From an uncultured Fibrobacteraceae bacterium (GTDB lineage: Bacteria > Krumholzibacteriota > Krumholzibacteriia > LZORAL124-64-63), in NCBI GenBank assembly GCA_964476155.1, contig CAYYYS010000012.1, positions 6,475 to 70,474 of the forward strand: a DNA stretch of 64,000 bases, given 5' to 3'. Shown one piece after another: positions 7,790 to 17,335 of the stretch. Numbering within the stretch: position 1 is the stretch's first letter; every line of letters begins with the position of its first letter. The notes beneath the pieces were generated by a model. That model saw nothing but the letters and a program-made list of their open reading frames with translations, had not been told where the DNA came from and searched no databases. A program made the position numbers and the translations under genes.

Positions 7790-10327
7790 ATGAGGATCGC
7801 TGCTGTCGTCCTTTTGGTTATTTTGTTGTTCAGCGTCGCTTCGCTCGCTGAGGAGGTGGAGGAGGAGGAGGAAAAGCCGACACTGTCCATCGATACTTGG
7901 CTGTACAAGGCTCCCGTGAAGCTTGACTTGCCGGCCTTCCACGACGAGAAGCCGGGCGAGTTCACGGTAGACGATTTACTCGAAGCGCCGACGCCCGGCG
8001 CGGCCTCCCTGCGGCCCGCGGCCAAGACGAAGGGCTGGTCCAGGGACGACGGCACCATCGCGCTCGACTACCAGGGCGTGGTGGAAACCTGGCTGGCCAC
8101 CTACGTGACGGCCGATCGCTTTCTCGCAGTGCAACTGCAGCTACCGTTGGCCTGCAAAGCCACAGCCTGGTTGGATGGCGAAGCCGTATCCCTGTCGGGC
8201 GACGAACCCGCGGGCGAGCTCTCGCTCCAGAGCGGCACGAGCCTATTGCTGGTGCGCGTGATCCTGGGCGACGACGTGGCGGCCAAGGCGAAGCTGCAAG
8301 CCGACCTGAAGGGCGAGTTGGTCTTCGAGGACGAGGCCTTGCTCGAAGCCGTCACCTTCGACACCGACCCCACCCGCCCGGTCGACATCAACGACATCCT
8401 CGACGCCCCCAGGATCTCTTCGATCGCCCTGTCGCCCGATGGCGCCCATGTGGCCGTTTCCCTCGGCGCCTACGGACCCGGCGGCGAGCGCGAGACCTGG
8501 CTGGAGATTCGCGATACCAAGGACGGCGACCTGATTCGCTCCTGGCGCGGTGTCGACGGTCCCGGTCGCGTGCAGTGGCTGCCCACGACGCGAGCCGTTT
8601 CCTATACTTCCAACGACGACGACAAGACCACCGTGTGGGTCTACGACCTGGAGAAGGAAACCGTCACACCCGTCTTGCGCGGTGTCGAGGACTTCTCCCG
8701 CTACGCCTGGAATCCCGACGGCGAGTCGCTCGTCTACGCCTTCAGCGTCGAGGCCGAAGACGACGACCGTCAGGTCAAACGCCTCGAGGCCATCGAAGAC
8801 CGCTGGCCCTGGTGGCGCGGCCGCAGCTACCTGGTGGAGGTCGCCTATCCGGGCGGCGAGGCGCGGCGCCTGACCGCCGGCGACGTGAGCGCGTCGGGCT
8901 GGGCCTTCAGTCCCACCGGCAGCCACCTGCTCTTCTCGCGCACCTGGCCCGATCCGCAGAACCGGCCCTACTCGCGCACCGAATGGTACGAGATGACCCT
9001 CGACAACCTGCGCGTGGAAACCGTGCTGGCCGAACGCTGGATCAGCGATGTGAGCTACGGCCGGGATCGCGACACTTTCGTGCTGATCGGCTCGCCGTCC
9101 GCGTTCGACGGACTCGGACGCGACCTGCCCGAGGGCGTCATCCCCAACGATTACGGCGGACAGCTTTTCCTTTACGACCGCAAGACATCCACCCCCACAC
9201 CGCTCAGCCGCGACTTCGACCCCACCGTGCAGGGCGCGGTGTGGCACGACAGCGGCCGTATCGTCACGCGGGTTCTGGACAAGCAGTACCAACGCATCGC
9301 CATCTGTTCGACCCGGGGCGATTGGGAAATCTACGACACGGGTGTCGACGTGGTGGCCAACTGGGAAGTCTCGCGCAGGGCCAAGACCGTGGTCACCGTC
9401 GGCACCAGCGCCACCGGTCCGCAGCAGCTCACGGCCTTCGCGCTGAAAGGTCGCAAGCCGCGCGTGCTGCTCGACCCCGGCGCCGAGCGCTACGAGCCCG
9501 TAGCGTTCGGCAAGGTGGAGCCGTTCGTCGCCACCCTGTCCGACGGCATGGAACTCGACGGCCGCGTCTACTATCCGCTCGACTATGATCCCGCGCGCAA
9601 GTACCCGGTGATCGTCTACTACTACGGCGGCACCTACCCCATCACGCGTGACTTCGGCGGCCGTTATCCCAAGAACATCTGGGCGGGCCACGACTACTTC
9701 GTCTACACGCCCAACCCGAGCGGCGCCCTGGGCTACGGACAGGAGTTCGCGGCACGACACGTGAACGACTGGGGCAAGCTCACCGCGGGTGAAGTGATCG
9801 CGGGCACCGAGGCCTTCCTGAAGGCCTACCCCGCGGCCGACGCCGACGCTGTCGGTTGCATCGGCGCCAGCTACGGCGGTTTCCTCACCATGTACCTGGT
9901 CACCCAGACCGACATGTTCTCCGCGGCGGTCGCCCACGCGGGCATCTCCAACATCAGCAGCTATTGGGCCGAGGGATACTGGGGCTACGGCTACGGCGCG
10001 CGGGCGCTGGCCAACTCGTTCCCCTGGAACGCGCGCGATCTGTACGTGGAGCAAAGTCCGCTCTTCCACGCCGACAAGATCGACACGCCGCTGCTCCTGC
10101 TGCACGGTTTCGACGACACCAACGTGCCCAAGGGCGAGAGCGACGGTCTGTACATCGCCCTGACAATGCTCGGCAAAGAGGTCGAGTACGTGCAGGTCGA
10201 GGGACAAGACCATCACATCCTCGAGCACGACCGGAGGGTGGAATGGAACGATACGATCCTGGCCTGGTTCGCGCGGGAATTAAAAGCGCGACCCGGCTGG
10301 TGGGATGACATGTATCCATCTGAATAA
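7790..10327 (+). CDS. Secreted S9 family serine peptidase (prolyl oligopeptidase/acylaminoacyl-peptidase-like) with N-terminal beta-propeller
   Basis: RBS GGAGG 6 nt before ATG at 7790. Signal peptide MRIAAVVLLVILLFSVASLA. Catalytic Ser in GASYGG, Asp in HGFDDTNV, and a C-terminal His. The upstream 60 aa of the track ORF (GTG start) is unsupported. Confidence 0.9.
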   Translation: MRIAAVVLLVILLFSVASLAEEVEEEEEKPTLSIDTWLYKAPVKLDLPAFHDEKPGEFTVDDLLEAPTPGAASLRPAAKTKGWSRDDGTIALDYQGVVETWLATYVTADRFLAVQLQLPLACKATAWLDGEAVSLSGDEPAGELSLQSGTSLLLVRVILGDDVAAKAKLQADLKGELVFEDEALLEAVTFDTDPTRPVDINDILDAPRISSIALSPDGAHVAVSLGAYGPGGERETWLEIRDTKDGDLIRSWRGVDGPGRVQWLPTTRAVSYTSNDDDKTTVWVYDLEKETVTPVLRGVEDFSRYAWNPDGESLVYAFSVEAEDDDRQVKRLEAIEDRWPWWRGRSYLVEVAYPGGEARRLTAGDVSASGWAFSPTGSHLLFSRTWPDPQNRPYSRTEWYEMTLDNLRVETVLAERWISDVSYGRDRDTFVLIGSPSAFDGLGRDLPEGVIPNDYGGQLFLYDRKTSTPTPLSRDFDPTVQGAVWHDSGRIVTRVLDKQYQRIAICSTRGDWEIYDTGVDVVANWEVSRRAKTVVTVGTSATGPQQLTAFALKGRKPRVLLDPGAERYEPVAFGKVEPFVATLSDGMELDGRVYYPLDYDPARKYPVIVYYYGGTYPITRDFGGRYPKNIWAGHDYFVYTPNPSGALGYGQEFAARHVNDWGKLTAGEVIAGTEAFLKAYPAADADAVGCIGASYGGFLTMYLVTQTDMFSAAVAHAGISNISSYWAEGYWGYGYGARALANSFPWNARDLYVEQSPLFHADKIDTPLLLLHGFDDTNVPKGESDGLYIALTMLGKEVEYVQVEGQDHHILEHDRRVEWNDTILAWFARELKARPGWWDDMYPSE

Positions 10328-10343
10328 TACCCTGTTACGCGAT

Positions 10344-10380
10344 CAGGGCGGGCTTATGTCCGCCCCGGTTCTTCAATCTT
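10344..10380 (+). terminator. Rho-independent terminator after the S9 peptidase gene
   Basis: GC hairpin cagggcgggcTTATgtccgccccgg followed by a T-rich run ttcttcaatcttgtcgcttt. Confidence 0.45.
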
Positions 10381-10404
10381 GTCGCTTTGTGTTATGGTTA
10401 GATT

Positions 10405-10415
10405 TGTGTTATAAT
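10405..10415 (+). promoter_or_regulatory. Extended -10 promoter TGtTATAAT upstream of 10465
   Basis: Perfect TATAAT with TG at -15/-14, about 50 nt upstream of the ATG at 10465. Rare in this 68% GC DNA. Confidence 0.4.
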
Positions 10416-10464
10416 TATACGCAGAGGTTGACGCTAACCGCAGACGGAGCTTAGTTATCTGCCT

Positions 10465-11181
10465 ATGAAGCTGAACCGGTTATTGACCATTCTGCTCATG
10501 ATGATCCTCGTCACCACCGCCCATGGCGGTATACATAGGGGATCATCCGCTTCCATGCGCCTGGACGCCGAGCCGCCCCAGATCGGGATCGTCACCGCGC
10601 CCGAGGGCGAAACCTTCATCGCCGGCGACACGCTGCACTTCGCCTGGTGGGCGAGCGACAGCTACCCCGCGCTCCACGATTCGAACCGGGTAGCCGCCGT
10701 GCTGGTGCGCGAAGCGCTTCAGGATTCCACTACCTACACCGTCACCCTCGACCACACGTGGGACTGGATCGCCCCGGAGGTGAGTTCCGCCAATTGCGTT
10801 TTTGAAGTGACCGTGCGCGACGAGTTCGGCAACACCGCCACCACACGCAGCGACGTCTTCCGCCTCCTGCGCTCCGACACCGCGGCTCCCGATACACCCG
10901 CGACGATACGTTTGGCCGCACCCGCACCCAACCCATTCAATCCGCAGACGACTATCACCTTCGCGCTGCCCGAATCGGGACCGGTCGACCTGTCGGTCTA
11001 CGATCTGCACGGTCGGCTGGTGCGCCGTCTGCATCAGGGCGCGCTGCCCGCCGGCTCCCACACCCGCACCTGGAACGGCCGCGACGACGACGGACGCCGC
11101 GTCGCCGGTGGTCCGTACATGGTTCGCCTATTGGCCGGCGGCGGCTTCAACGAGGCCCGAAAAGTGGTGTTGTTACCATGA
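10465..11181 (+). CDS. Secreted hypothetical protein with C-terminal T9SS/FlgD-Ig-like sorting domain
   Basis: Signal peptide MKLNRLLTILLMMILVTTAHG. CTD ...APAPNPFNPQTTITFALPESGPVDLSVYDLHGRLVRRL...GPYMVRLLAGGGFNEARKVVLLP. Confidence 0.75.
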   Translation: MKLNRLLTILLMMILVTTAHGGIHRGSSASMRLDAEPPQIGIVTAPEGETFIAGDTLHFAWWASDSYPALHDSNRVAAVLVREALQDSTTYTVTLDHTWDWIAPEVSSANCVFEVTVRDEFGNTATTRSDVFRLLRSDTAAPDTPATIRLAAPAPNPFNPQTTITFALPESGPVDLSVYDLHGRLVRRLHQGALPAGSHTRTWNGRDDDGRRVAGGPYMVRLLAGGGFNEARKVVLLP

Positions 11182-12677
11182 CGATCCGACTGCTCACCAT
11201 AGCGCTGTTGATGATGGGCGTCGCCGCGTACGCCGCCGATCCGGTAGTGAGCAACATCTCATCCGCACAGCGGACCGACGGCAGCATGCTCGTGGACATC
11301 TACTACGACCTGGCCGACACCGATACCTGTCGTGTCAGCATCAACATATCCGATGACGATGGTCAGACCTGGCTCTATCCCGGTATCACGCTGACCGGCG
11401 ACGCTGGCGACGGCGTCGCACCGGGCGTCGGCAAACACGCCGTCTGGGATTTCGGCAGGGATCACGCGGGGACCTGGGGCGACGGCTTCCAGGTACAGGT
11501 GATCGCCAGTAACACACGCCTCGACTGGCGCGCCCACTCGCCGAACACCTACGCCGCCCACCACTGGGGACCATCCGGTTGGGAATCCTCGGAGCTGCCC
11601 GAACAGCTCGCGCGCGCGGACGTGGTAACCATCACCGCACGCGTCTACTGGGACAACGGCCCCATGGAAGCACTCGGGATCGTCGATGCCATCAAGGCCA
11701 TCAATCCCGACTGCACGGTGCTGGGCTATGTCCCGGTCCATGGCATCCCGCATTTTTACGGGACCGAACCCGAAGGATCCTTCGGCAGGCAGCTCTACGA
11801 CGCTACCCTGTCCTACTGGTCATACACGACCACCGGCGACACGCTTTCGAGCTGGCCGGCCGTGGTGGAGGTGAACATTCTCGACCCGGACTGCCGCGCG
11901 GCCATGGTCTCGACCTACGTCGACTATTACGCGCAGAGTGTGACCAAATTCGACGGCATCTTCTGGGACTACTTCCCCGACGCTGTCTGGATCCCGGATT
12001 TTGTGGGCTGCGAGGGTGAAGCCGACATGGACGAGGACGGCATTCCCCAACAGGAGGACCCCGACGAGATGGCCGCCTACGACGCGGCCCAGGAAGACTT
12101 CATCGCACTCATGCGCGGCGCCATGGGCGACACCTTTCCGCTGGTCTTCAACGGTGTGCGCGCCCAGCGAGACTCCGTCTTCGCGGCTTTGAGCGACGGC
12201 ATCAACTACGAGATCTTCCCGACCCTGCGCTTCCCTGAACCCCGCACCGACGCGGCCATGGATGTCGATCTGGAGTACAGCCTGTGGCACTCCACCACCT
12301 GGCCACGCACGCAGGCCGGAGGACCGTTCATCCTGCTCGAGGACATCCAGCGCTACAATTATGTGGACCACGAAGGACAGATCACCCGACTCGAGTCCGG
12401 CAACATCTTCCGTGTGATCGGCCTGCTCATAGACAACATCTACCCGGTATGGGAGCCCGCGGGCAGTCACGCATTCGGCTGGCCCGAGTTACCTTTGAGC
12501 CTGGGCGACCCCCTGGGTCCCACCGTCATCAACGGGGACGTCTACACGCGCCAGTACACCTACGGGGATGTGTGGATGGAGATGAAGGGCGGAGATTGGC
12601 CGGATCCATTCCGATACCGGATCACCATCGACGGCGAGATCGTCGAGGAACTCGACAGACCCTACCACCATCCATAG
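11178..12677 (+). CDS. Secreted hypothetical protein, possibly a TIM-barrel glycoside-hydrolase-like fold (GH114-like; speculative)
   Basis: ATGA overlap with the previous gene. Signal peptide MTIRLLTIALLMMGVAAYA. The N-terminal domain PVVSNISSAQRTDGSMLVDIYYDL is followed by about 400 aa with no recognisable catalytic motif. Confidence 0.7.
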   Translation: MTIRLLTIALLMMGVAAYAADPVVSNISSAQRTDGSMLVDIYYDLADTDTCRVSINISDDDGQTWLYPGITLTGDAGDGVAPGVGKHAVWDFGRDHAGTWGDGFQVQVIASNTRLDWRAHSPNTYAAHHWGPSGWESSELPEQLARADVVTITARVYWDNGPMEALGIVDAIKAINPDCTVLGYVPVHGIPHFYGTEPEGSFGRQLYDATLSYWSYTTTGDTLSSWPAVVEVNILDPDCRAAMVSTYVDYYAQSVTKFDGIFWDYFPDAVWIPDFVGCEGEADMDEDGIPQQEDPDEMAAYDAAQEDFIALMRGAMGDTFPLVFNGVRAQRDSVFAALSDGINYEIFPTLRFPEPRTDAAMDVDLEYSLWHSTTWPRTQAGGPFILLEDIQRYNYVDHEGQITRLESGNIFRVIGLLIDNIYPVWEPAGSHAFGWPELPLSLGDPLGPTVINGDVYTRQYTYGDVWMEMKGGDWPDPFRYRITIDGEIVEELDRPYHHP

Positions 12678-12680
12678 ACC

Positions 12681-13412
12681 CTATAGACCTTCACCACCGT
12701 CGATATTGATCGTCTGCCCCGTGACCGCCGGACAGCCCAGCAGGAACTGCAGGGCGTCGGCCGCGTCTGCGGGCGTGGGAAAGCGGTCGAGCGGAAGCTC
12801 GGCACGCGCGACGTGCTCGTAACCCTCGGGCGGCACGACCGGCGGCAACACCGCGCCCAGGGCGATCTCGTTGACGCGGATCCGCGGCGCCAGGGCGGTG
12901 GCCAGGTTGCCGGTCAGCACGTGTAGCGAGGCCTTGCTGTGCGTGTAGGCGAAGTAGTCGGCGCGCGGGTTCAGGGCATGAATGTCGTTGAGGTTGATGA
13001 TGTCACCCTCCCGATCGGCGGGCAATGCGGCGGCGAACACCCGGCTCAGCAGCAGCGGCGCGCGCAGGTTGATCCGCTGCATACGGCTCCATGACTGGAG
13101 ATCGAGGTCGGCAAAGCCGCCCTGTTCGAAGATGGACGCGTTGTTCACCAGGATGTCCAGGTGACCAAAGGCCTCGACGGTCTCGGCGATGGCCCGGTCG
13201 GCCGTCTCCGCCTCGATCAGGTCGCCGGTCACCAGGGCCGCACGCACGCCGAGCGCCGCGATCTCGCGGGCGGTCTCGTCGGCCGCGCCGCTCTCGTCAC
13301 GCGACAGGATGGCCACATCGGCGCCCAGTTGCGCCAGTCGCAACGACAGGGTTTTTCCCACCCTCACGCCGCCGCCGGTTACCAGGGCTGTGCGTCCCTT
13401 CAAATCGTTCAT
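12681..13412 (-). CDS. SDR family NAD(P)-dependent oxidoreductase
   Basis: MNDLKGRTALVTGGGVRVGK (TGxxxGxG Rossmann motif), the NNAS segment and the YTHSK active-site motif. The internal Met at 13412 is preferred over the longer track ORF. Confidence 0.85.
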   Translation of the reverse strand: MNDLKGRTALVTGGGVRVGKTLSLRLAQLGADVAILSRDESGAADETAREIAALGVRAALVTGDLIEAETADRAIAETVEAFGHLDILVNNASIFEQGGFADLDLQSWSRMQRINLRAPLLLSRVFAAALPADREGDIINLNDIHALNPRADYFAYTHSKASLHVLTGNLATALAPRIRVNEIALGAVLPPVVPPEGYEHVARAELPLDRFPTPADAADALQFLLGCPAVTGQTINIDGGEGL

Positions 13413-13792
13413 CGCTTGCCTTTCTGCAGCACGATCACCAACGCGCCCTCGCCGCCCCAATCGCGCGGGGCCGGGCGCCAGCTCGCGATCGCTTCGGGAT
13501 GCTCTTTGATCCAGCGTCGGGTCAAGTCGCCGAGAATCGGTCCATGCTCGGAGCCCATCCCCTTGCCGTGGACGATCAGCAGTTCGCGCGTGCCTTGGCG
13601 ACGATGCGCCTCGACCTCACGCGCCAACAGCGCCAGCGCCTCGTCGGCACGTAACCGACGCAGGTGCACGCTCGCCGGCGGTTCGCCCGACGGATAGCCG
13701 CGCTGCGCTTCGTCCGACTCGTGTCGGATCGAGCGGCCCATGCCCTTGGTACGGCCGGTCTTGCCGGGTCGTCTATTCTTGAACCGTCCCAC
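13409..13792 (-). CDS. Smr domain protein (MutS2-C-terminal-like small nuclease domain), first of two tandem paralogs
   Basis: ...LRADEALALLAREVEAHRRQGTRELLIVHGKGMGSEHGP... Smr signature. The start is uncertain (13792 or 13741). Confidence 0.65.
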   Translation of the reverse strand: MGRFKNRRPGKTGRTKGMGRSIRHESDEAQRGYPSGEPPASVHLRRLRADEALALLAREVEAHRRQGTRELLIVHGKGMGSEHGPILGDLTRRWIKEHPEAIASWRPAPRDWGGEGALVIVLQKGKR

Positions 13793-14048
13793 TGTCGTCC
13801 TTTGGCTTCAAGCGAACCACGGTCGCTCCCCAGGAACTCGCGTCGCCGGGGTGGCCGTATCCAGCCACGTCCGCGCGCCTGTCCAGCACCGCGCGAACCG
13901 TCTCGCGTAGCGCGCCGCTCCCCTTGCCGTGAATGATGCGCACATCGAGAATCCCGCGCTCGCGGCACTCGTCAAGATAGTCGCCGACGAGGTCCTTCAC
14001 ATCCTTCGGCCGGAACATGTGCAGATCCAGCACGCCGTCGATGTCCAT
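13773..14048 (-). CDS. Smr domain protein, second tandem paralog
   Basis: Internal Met after the DASS transporter stop. MDIDGVLDLHMFRPKDVKDLVGDYLDECRERGILDVRIIHGKGSGALRETVRAVL. The N-terminal 120 aa of the track ORF overlap the transporter gene and are spurious. Confidence 0.7.
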   Translation of the reverse strand: MDIDGVLDLHMFRPKDVKDLVGDYLDECRERGILDVRIIHGKGSGALRETVRAVLDRRADVAGYGHPGDASSWGATVVRLKPKDDSGTVQE

Positions 14049-14056
14049 CTCATCGG

Positions 14057-15577
14057 TCACGGCGTCACCGCCCACGTCGGTGTTACGTCCATGGCGCCGC
14101 CGAAGGCCGCCGCGCCCAGCAGGTAGATGGCCACGGTGATCACCAGCGCACCCACGATGTTCAGCAACAGGCCGGCGCGCGCCATCTCGCGGATCGTGAC
14201 CATTTCGGTGCCGAAGATAATGGCGTTGGGCGGCGTCGCCACCGGCAACATGAAGGCGCACGAGGCCGACAGGGTCGCCGGCACCATCAACAGCAGCGGA
14301 TTCATGTCGACCGCGATCGCAACGCTCGCCACCACCGGCAGCGCCATCTGGGTCGTGGCGGTGTTGCTGGTCAGCTCGGTCAGGAACGTCATGATCAGGC
14401 AGATGCACAGAATCATCAGCACCGGCGGCAGGTCCGACAGGCCGGTCATACGCTCACCCAGCCAGTCGCTCAAGCCCGCGTCGACGAAACCCTTGGCCAG
14501 GGCGAACCCGCCGCCGAAAAGCAGGACGATCGCCCACGGCAGCTTGCGCGCGGTGCGCCAGTCCATTACGCGCCGGCCGGCGATGTTGTGGCTGGGGACA
14601 ACGAAGAGCAGGAGGGCCATGACGATCGCGACGGTGCCGTCATCGACGAGCGTGCCGTCGGGCAGAAGCGCCGACCAGCCGGGGATGTCGATGTCGCCGA
14701 TGCGCAATCCGGTACGCGTCAACCACAACGCCGCCAACAGGACGAAGTCGACAAAGACCACCTTCTCCTCGAAACTCGGCGGCCCGAGCACGTCGCGTTC
14801 GCGGGTGAAGACCTGGTGATCGATCAGTCCCTCCATGCGGCGCAACCTGAACATGGCGGTCAGCAACACCCAGATCACCGCCAGCATGACGATGCAGACG
14901 GGCAGGCCGATCACCATCCAGCCGGCAAACGAGATCTCGGGCGCGTCAGGGAAAATCAGGCCGAGGTTGCTGACCAGCAGCGGGTTGGGCGGCGTGCCGA
15001 TCAGGGTCGCCAGACCGCCGACCGAGCAGCCGTAGGCAGTGCCGAGCAGCAGGGCCACGGCAAAGCGGCGGGTTTCGGCCCGGTTGTCCTCGTGCCCCAC
15101 GCCCTTGACCACGGCCAGGGCGATCGGCGCCATCATCATGGCCGTCGCCGTGTTGCTGATCCACATCGATAGAAACGCCGCGGCGAGCATGAACCCGAGC
15201 ACGATGCGGTTGGGCCCGCCGCCGACCAGGGTGATGATGCGCAGCGCGATCCGCCGGTGCAGATTCCAGCGCTCCATGGCCAGCGCCACCATGAAACCGC
15301 CCAGGAACAGGAAGATGATGCTGTTGAAGTAGTACGGCGCGACGGCCTTGCCCGACATGATGCCGAGCAGCGGGTAGAGGGCCACCGGCAGCAACGCCGT
15401 GATCGCGAGGGGCACCGCCTCGGTCATCCACCATACGGCCATCCAGACGGCGACCGCCGCCATGGCCGTTACCGACACGCGCTCGGGGTCGAGGTCGGTG
15501 AACGCGAGGATCAATACGGCAGCAAGGGGTCCCAGCCAAGTGCCGAGGGTCGACGGCCGCCAGCGTGACCACATCAT
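14057..15577 (-). CDS. DASS/ArsB-NhaD superfamily anion (di/tricarboxylate or sulfate-type) transporter
   Basis: 506 aa with about 12 or more TM helices. ...AVPLAITALLPVALYPLLGIMS...SNTATAMMMAPIA...GTPPNPLLVSN.. motifs are characteristic of the SLC13/DASS family. Confidence 0.85.
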   Translation of the reverse strand: MMWSRWRPSTLGTWLGPLAAVLILAFTDLDPERVSVTAMAAVAVWMAVWWMTEAVPLAITALLPVALYPLLGIMSGKAVAPYYFNSIIFLFLGGFMVALAMERWNLHRRIALRIITLVGGGPNRIVLGFMLAAAFLSMWISNTATAMMMAPIALAVVKGVGHEDNRAETRRFAVALLLGTAYGCSVGGLATLIGTPPNPLLVSNLGLIFPDAPEISFAGWMVIGLPVCIVMLAVIWVLLTAMFRLRRMEGLIDHQVFTRERDVLGPPSFEEKVVFVDFVLLAALWLTRTGLRIGDIDIPGWSALLPDGTLVDDGTVAIVMALLLFVVPSHNIAGRRVMDWRTARKLPWAIVLLFGGGFALAKGFVDAGLSDWLGERMTGLSDLPPVLMILCICLIMTFLTELTSNTATTQMALPVVASVAIAVDMNPLLLMVPATLSASCAFMLPVATPPNAIIFGTEMVTIREMARAGLLLNIVGALVITVAIYLLGAAAFGGAMDVTPTWAVTP

Positions 15578-16410
15578 GGCGCGTCTCCGTGGACAGCGAC
15601 TTTGTAGCCGGTGAACTTGCGCACGTTGATCACGCCCGTGTCGAAGATCAGATACTGCCCCTTGATGCCCTGCAGAACGCCGCCGACCGTGGGCGTCTTG
15701 TCCAGGTTGTGACTCTTGACCTTATCCGGGTAGGCGAGCACCGGGTAACGGAAGACGTGTTCGATACGGTCGTCCTCGGGCAGTTCGTCGACGCCCATCT
15801 CCTCCAGTTCATCCAGGACGGTCTCGGCCATCTCGGCCAGATCGCCTTCGGGCGCCTCCTCTTTCAGCATACGTATCCAGTGGGTGCGGTCGGCGAAGGA
15901 TTCGGCCAGTTCATGTTCGACAAGCCCGACCTCGCGGCGACTCGGCAGCTCGGCCAGCGGAATCGCACGCACCGCGCCCTGGTCGATCCAGCGCGAGGGG
16001 ATGTTCGTGCGCCGCGTAATGCCCACCTTCAGGCCACTGGTCAGCGATGCGTAAAGAATGTGCGGCGCGAAGCATTTCGACTGGGCGAAGGCGTCATCGC
16101 GGCAGGGGTTGCCGGTGTCGAAGTAATGGCAGAGCTCGGGCTTGACCATGCAGATGTCGGCCTCGGCCCGCGACTGGGCGCAGGGAAAGCAAAAGCCCTG
16201 GTTGAAGGTTTTTTTGGTTTTGCGACCGCAGTAGACGCAATGGATCTCGCCGTCGAAGTACAGGTCGACCGCGCGACCGAGCAGGGCGTTCATGGTCAGC
16301 TCGTCGACGCGCGCGGCGGGATCATGCCAGCCGTCGCGCAGGAAATACGAGACGGGGTCGTCGTGGACGACGCGCATCTTCGTAAGGGAGCCGCGCCAGA
16401 GCTCTGTCAC
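15574..16410 (-). CDS. DUF2797-like zinc-ribbon protein
   Basis: CVYCGRKTKKTFNQGFCFPC...C..C Cys4 cluster. 4-nt overlap with the transporter start suggests co-transcription. Confidence 0.7.
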   Translation of the reverse strand: MTELWRGSLTKMRVVHDDPVSYFLRDGWHDPAARVDELTMNALLGRAVDLYFDGEIHCVYCGRKTKKTFNQGFCFPCAQSRAEADICMVKPELCHYFDTGNPCRDDAFAQSKCFAPHILYASLTSGLKVGITRRTNIPSRWIDQGAVRAIPLAELPSRREVGLVEHELAESFADRTHWIRMLKEEAPEGDLAEMAETVLDELEEMGVDELPEDDRIEHVFRYPVLAYPDKVKSHNLDKTPTVGGVLQGIKGQYLIFDTGVINVRKFTGYKVAVHGDAP

Positions 16411-16412
16411 GC

Positions 16413-16658
16413 TCAGGCTCCCGGCAGCTGATCGACGAAGCTGGGCAGGACGTCCTTCAGGATGTGGCCGAGGATCAACAGCAGGATGCCCTGGAAGAGG
16501 ACCTTCTTGCCCTTGGCGCTCAGACCGATCTGGGGCTTTCGCGTCGGCGAGTGTTCGTCGGCGTGCAGGTGCGTGTTGAGCAGCAGGCTGCGGATGACCA
16601 GGATGCCGCCGCCGGCCACCGCGATCCAGCCGAAAATATCGAGGATGGATCTAGTCAC
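16413..16658 (-). CDS. Small two-TM membrane protein (hypothetical)
   Basis: GTG start overlapping the stop of the gamma-CA gene. VTRSILDIFGWIAVAGGGILVIRSLL...KKVLFQGILLLILGHIL. The N-terminal part of the track ORF is the shadow of the upstream gene. Confidence 0.35.
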   Translation of the reverse strand: MTRSILDIFGWIAVAGGGILVIRSLLLNTHLHADEHSPTRKPQIGLSAKGKKVLFQGILLLILGHILKDVLPSFVDQLPGA

Positions 16659-17229
16659 TGCCGAACATCTTCCGATAGCCGGCGAGCAGTTCCTGGTTCT
16701 CCGCCGCGATGGCGTCGAGCAGGCTGCGCTCGTCGTCGGACACCTTGCGCAGGCCGTCGACCTGCTCTTGCGTCGTGATCGCGGCGCCGGGCGGCACGAA
16801 CACACCGGCGGGCAGGGTCACGTCCTGCACCACGGCGCCGGCCGAGACCATCACCCCCTCGCCCAGGTCGCTCTTGAAGACGACGGCGCCGAAGCCGACA
16901 AAGCCGCCGTCCGACACCGTGCAGGGTCCGTGCACCTTGCAGCCATGCGCGAGACTGCAGCCCGCACCAACGATTGCCGACGTGCCCGCCAGTGCGTGGA
17001 TGATCACACCGTCCTGGACGTTGGTGCCGGGGCCGATCTCCACCGGGGAGACTTCGCCGTTCAACGTTTCGTCCGCGCGCAGGATCGCGTTGGCGCAGAC
17101 CAGCACATCGGCGCCGACGCGTACGTTGCCGATCAGTTGTGCGGTCGGGTGTAGCCAGGCCGCGGCATCGACCATGGGCAGGTGGCCGGTGGGGGCGGGT
17201 TGAAGCAGGGTTTTGAAGACGTCTCTCAT
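16651..17229 (-). CDS. Gamma-class carbonic anhydrase / left-handed beta-helix (hexapeptide repeat) family protein
   Basis: RBS GGAGG before ATG at 17229. Hexapeptide repeats ...IGNVRVGADVLVCANAILRADE...IGPGTNVQDGVIIH... The longer 820-aa minus-strand track ORF here is spurious. Confidence 0.8.
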   Translation of the reverse strand: MRDVFKTLLQPAPTGHLPMVDAAAWLHPTAQLIGNVRVGADVLVCANAILRADETLNGEVSPVEIGPGTNVQDGVIIHALAGTSAIVGAGCSLAHGCKVHGPCTVSDGGFVGFGAVVFKSDLGEGVMVSAGAVVQDVTLPAGVFVPPGAAITTQEQVDGLRKVSDDERSLLDAIAAENQELLAGYRKMFGSD

Positions 17230-17335
17230 GTGTAGTACCTCCAGGGGGAGCATCCCATAATCGGGCCGACATCTCAACAATGACCATGACAGTCCCGGGA
17301 CCCCCCGCTAGACTCGGATCCGAACGGGAGGACTC

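Noticed and set aside
8243-10228. 661-aa minus-strand ORF
   Set aside because: Shadow ORF opposite the S9 peptidase gene. High-GC DNA has few stops on the antisense strand.
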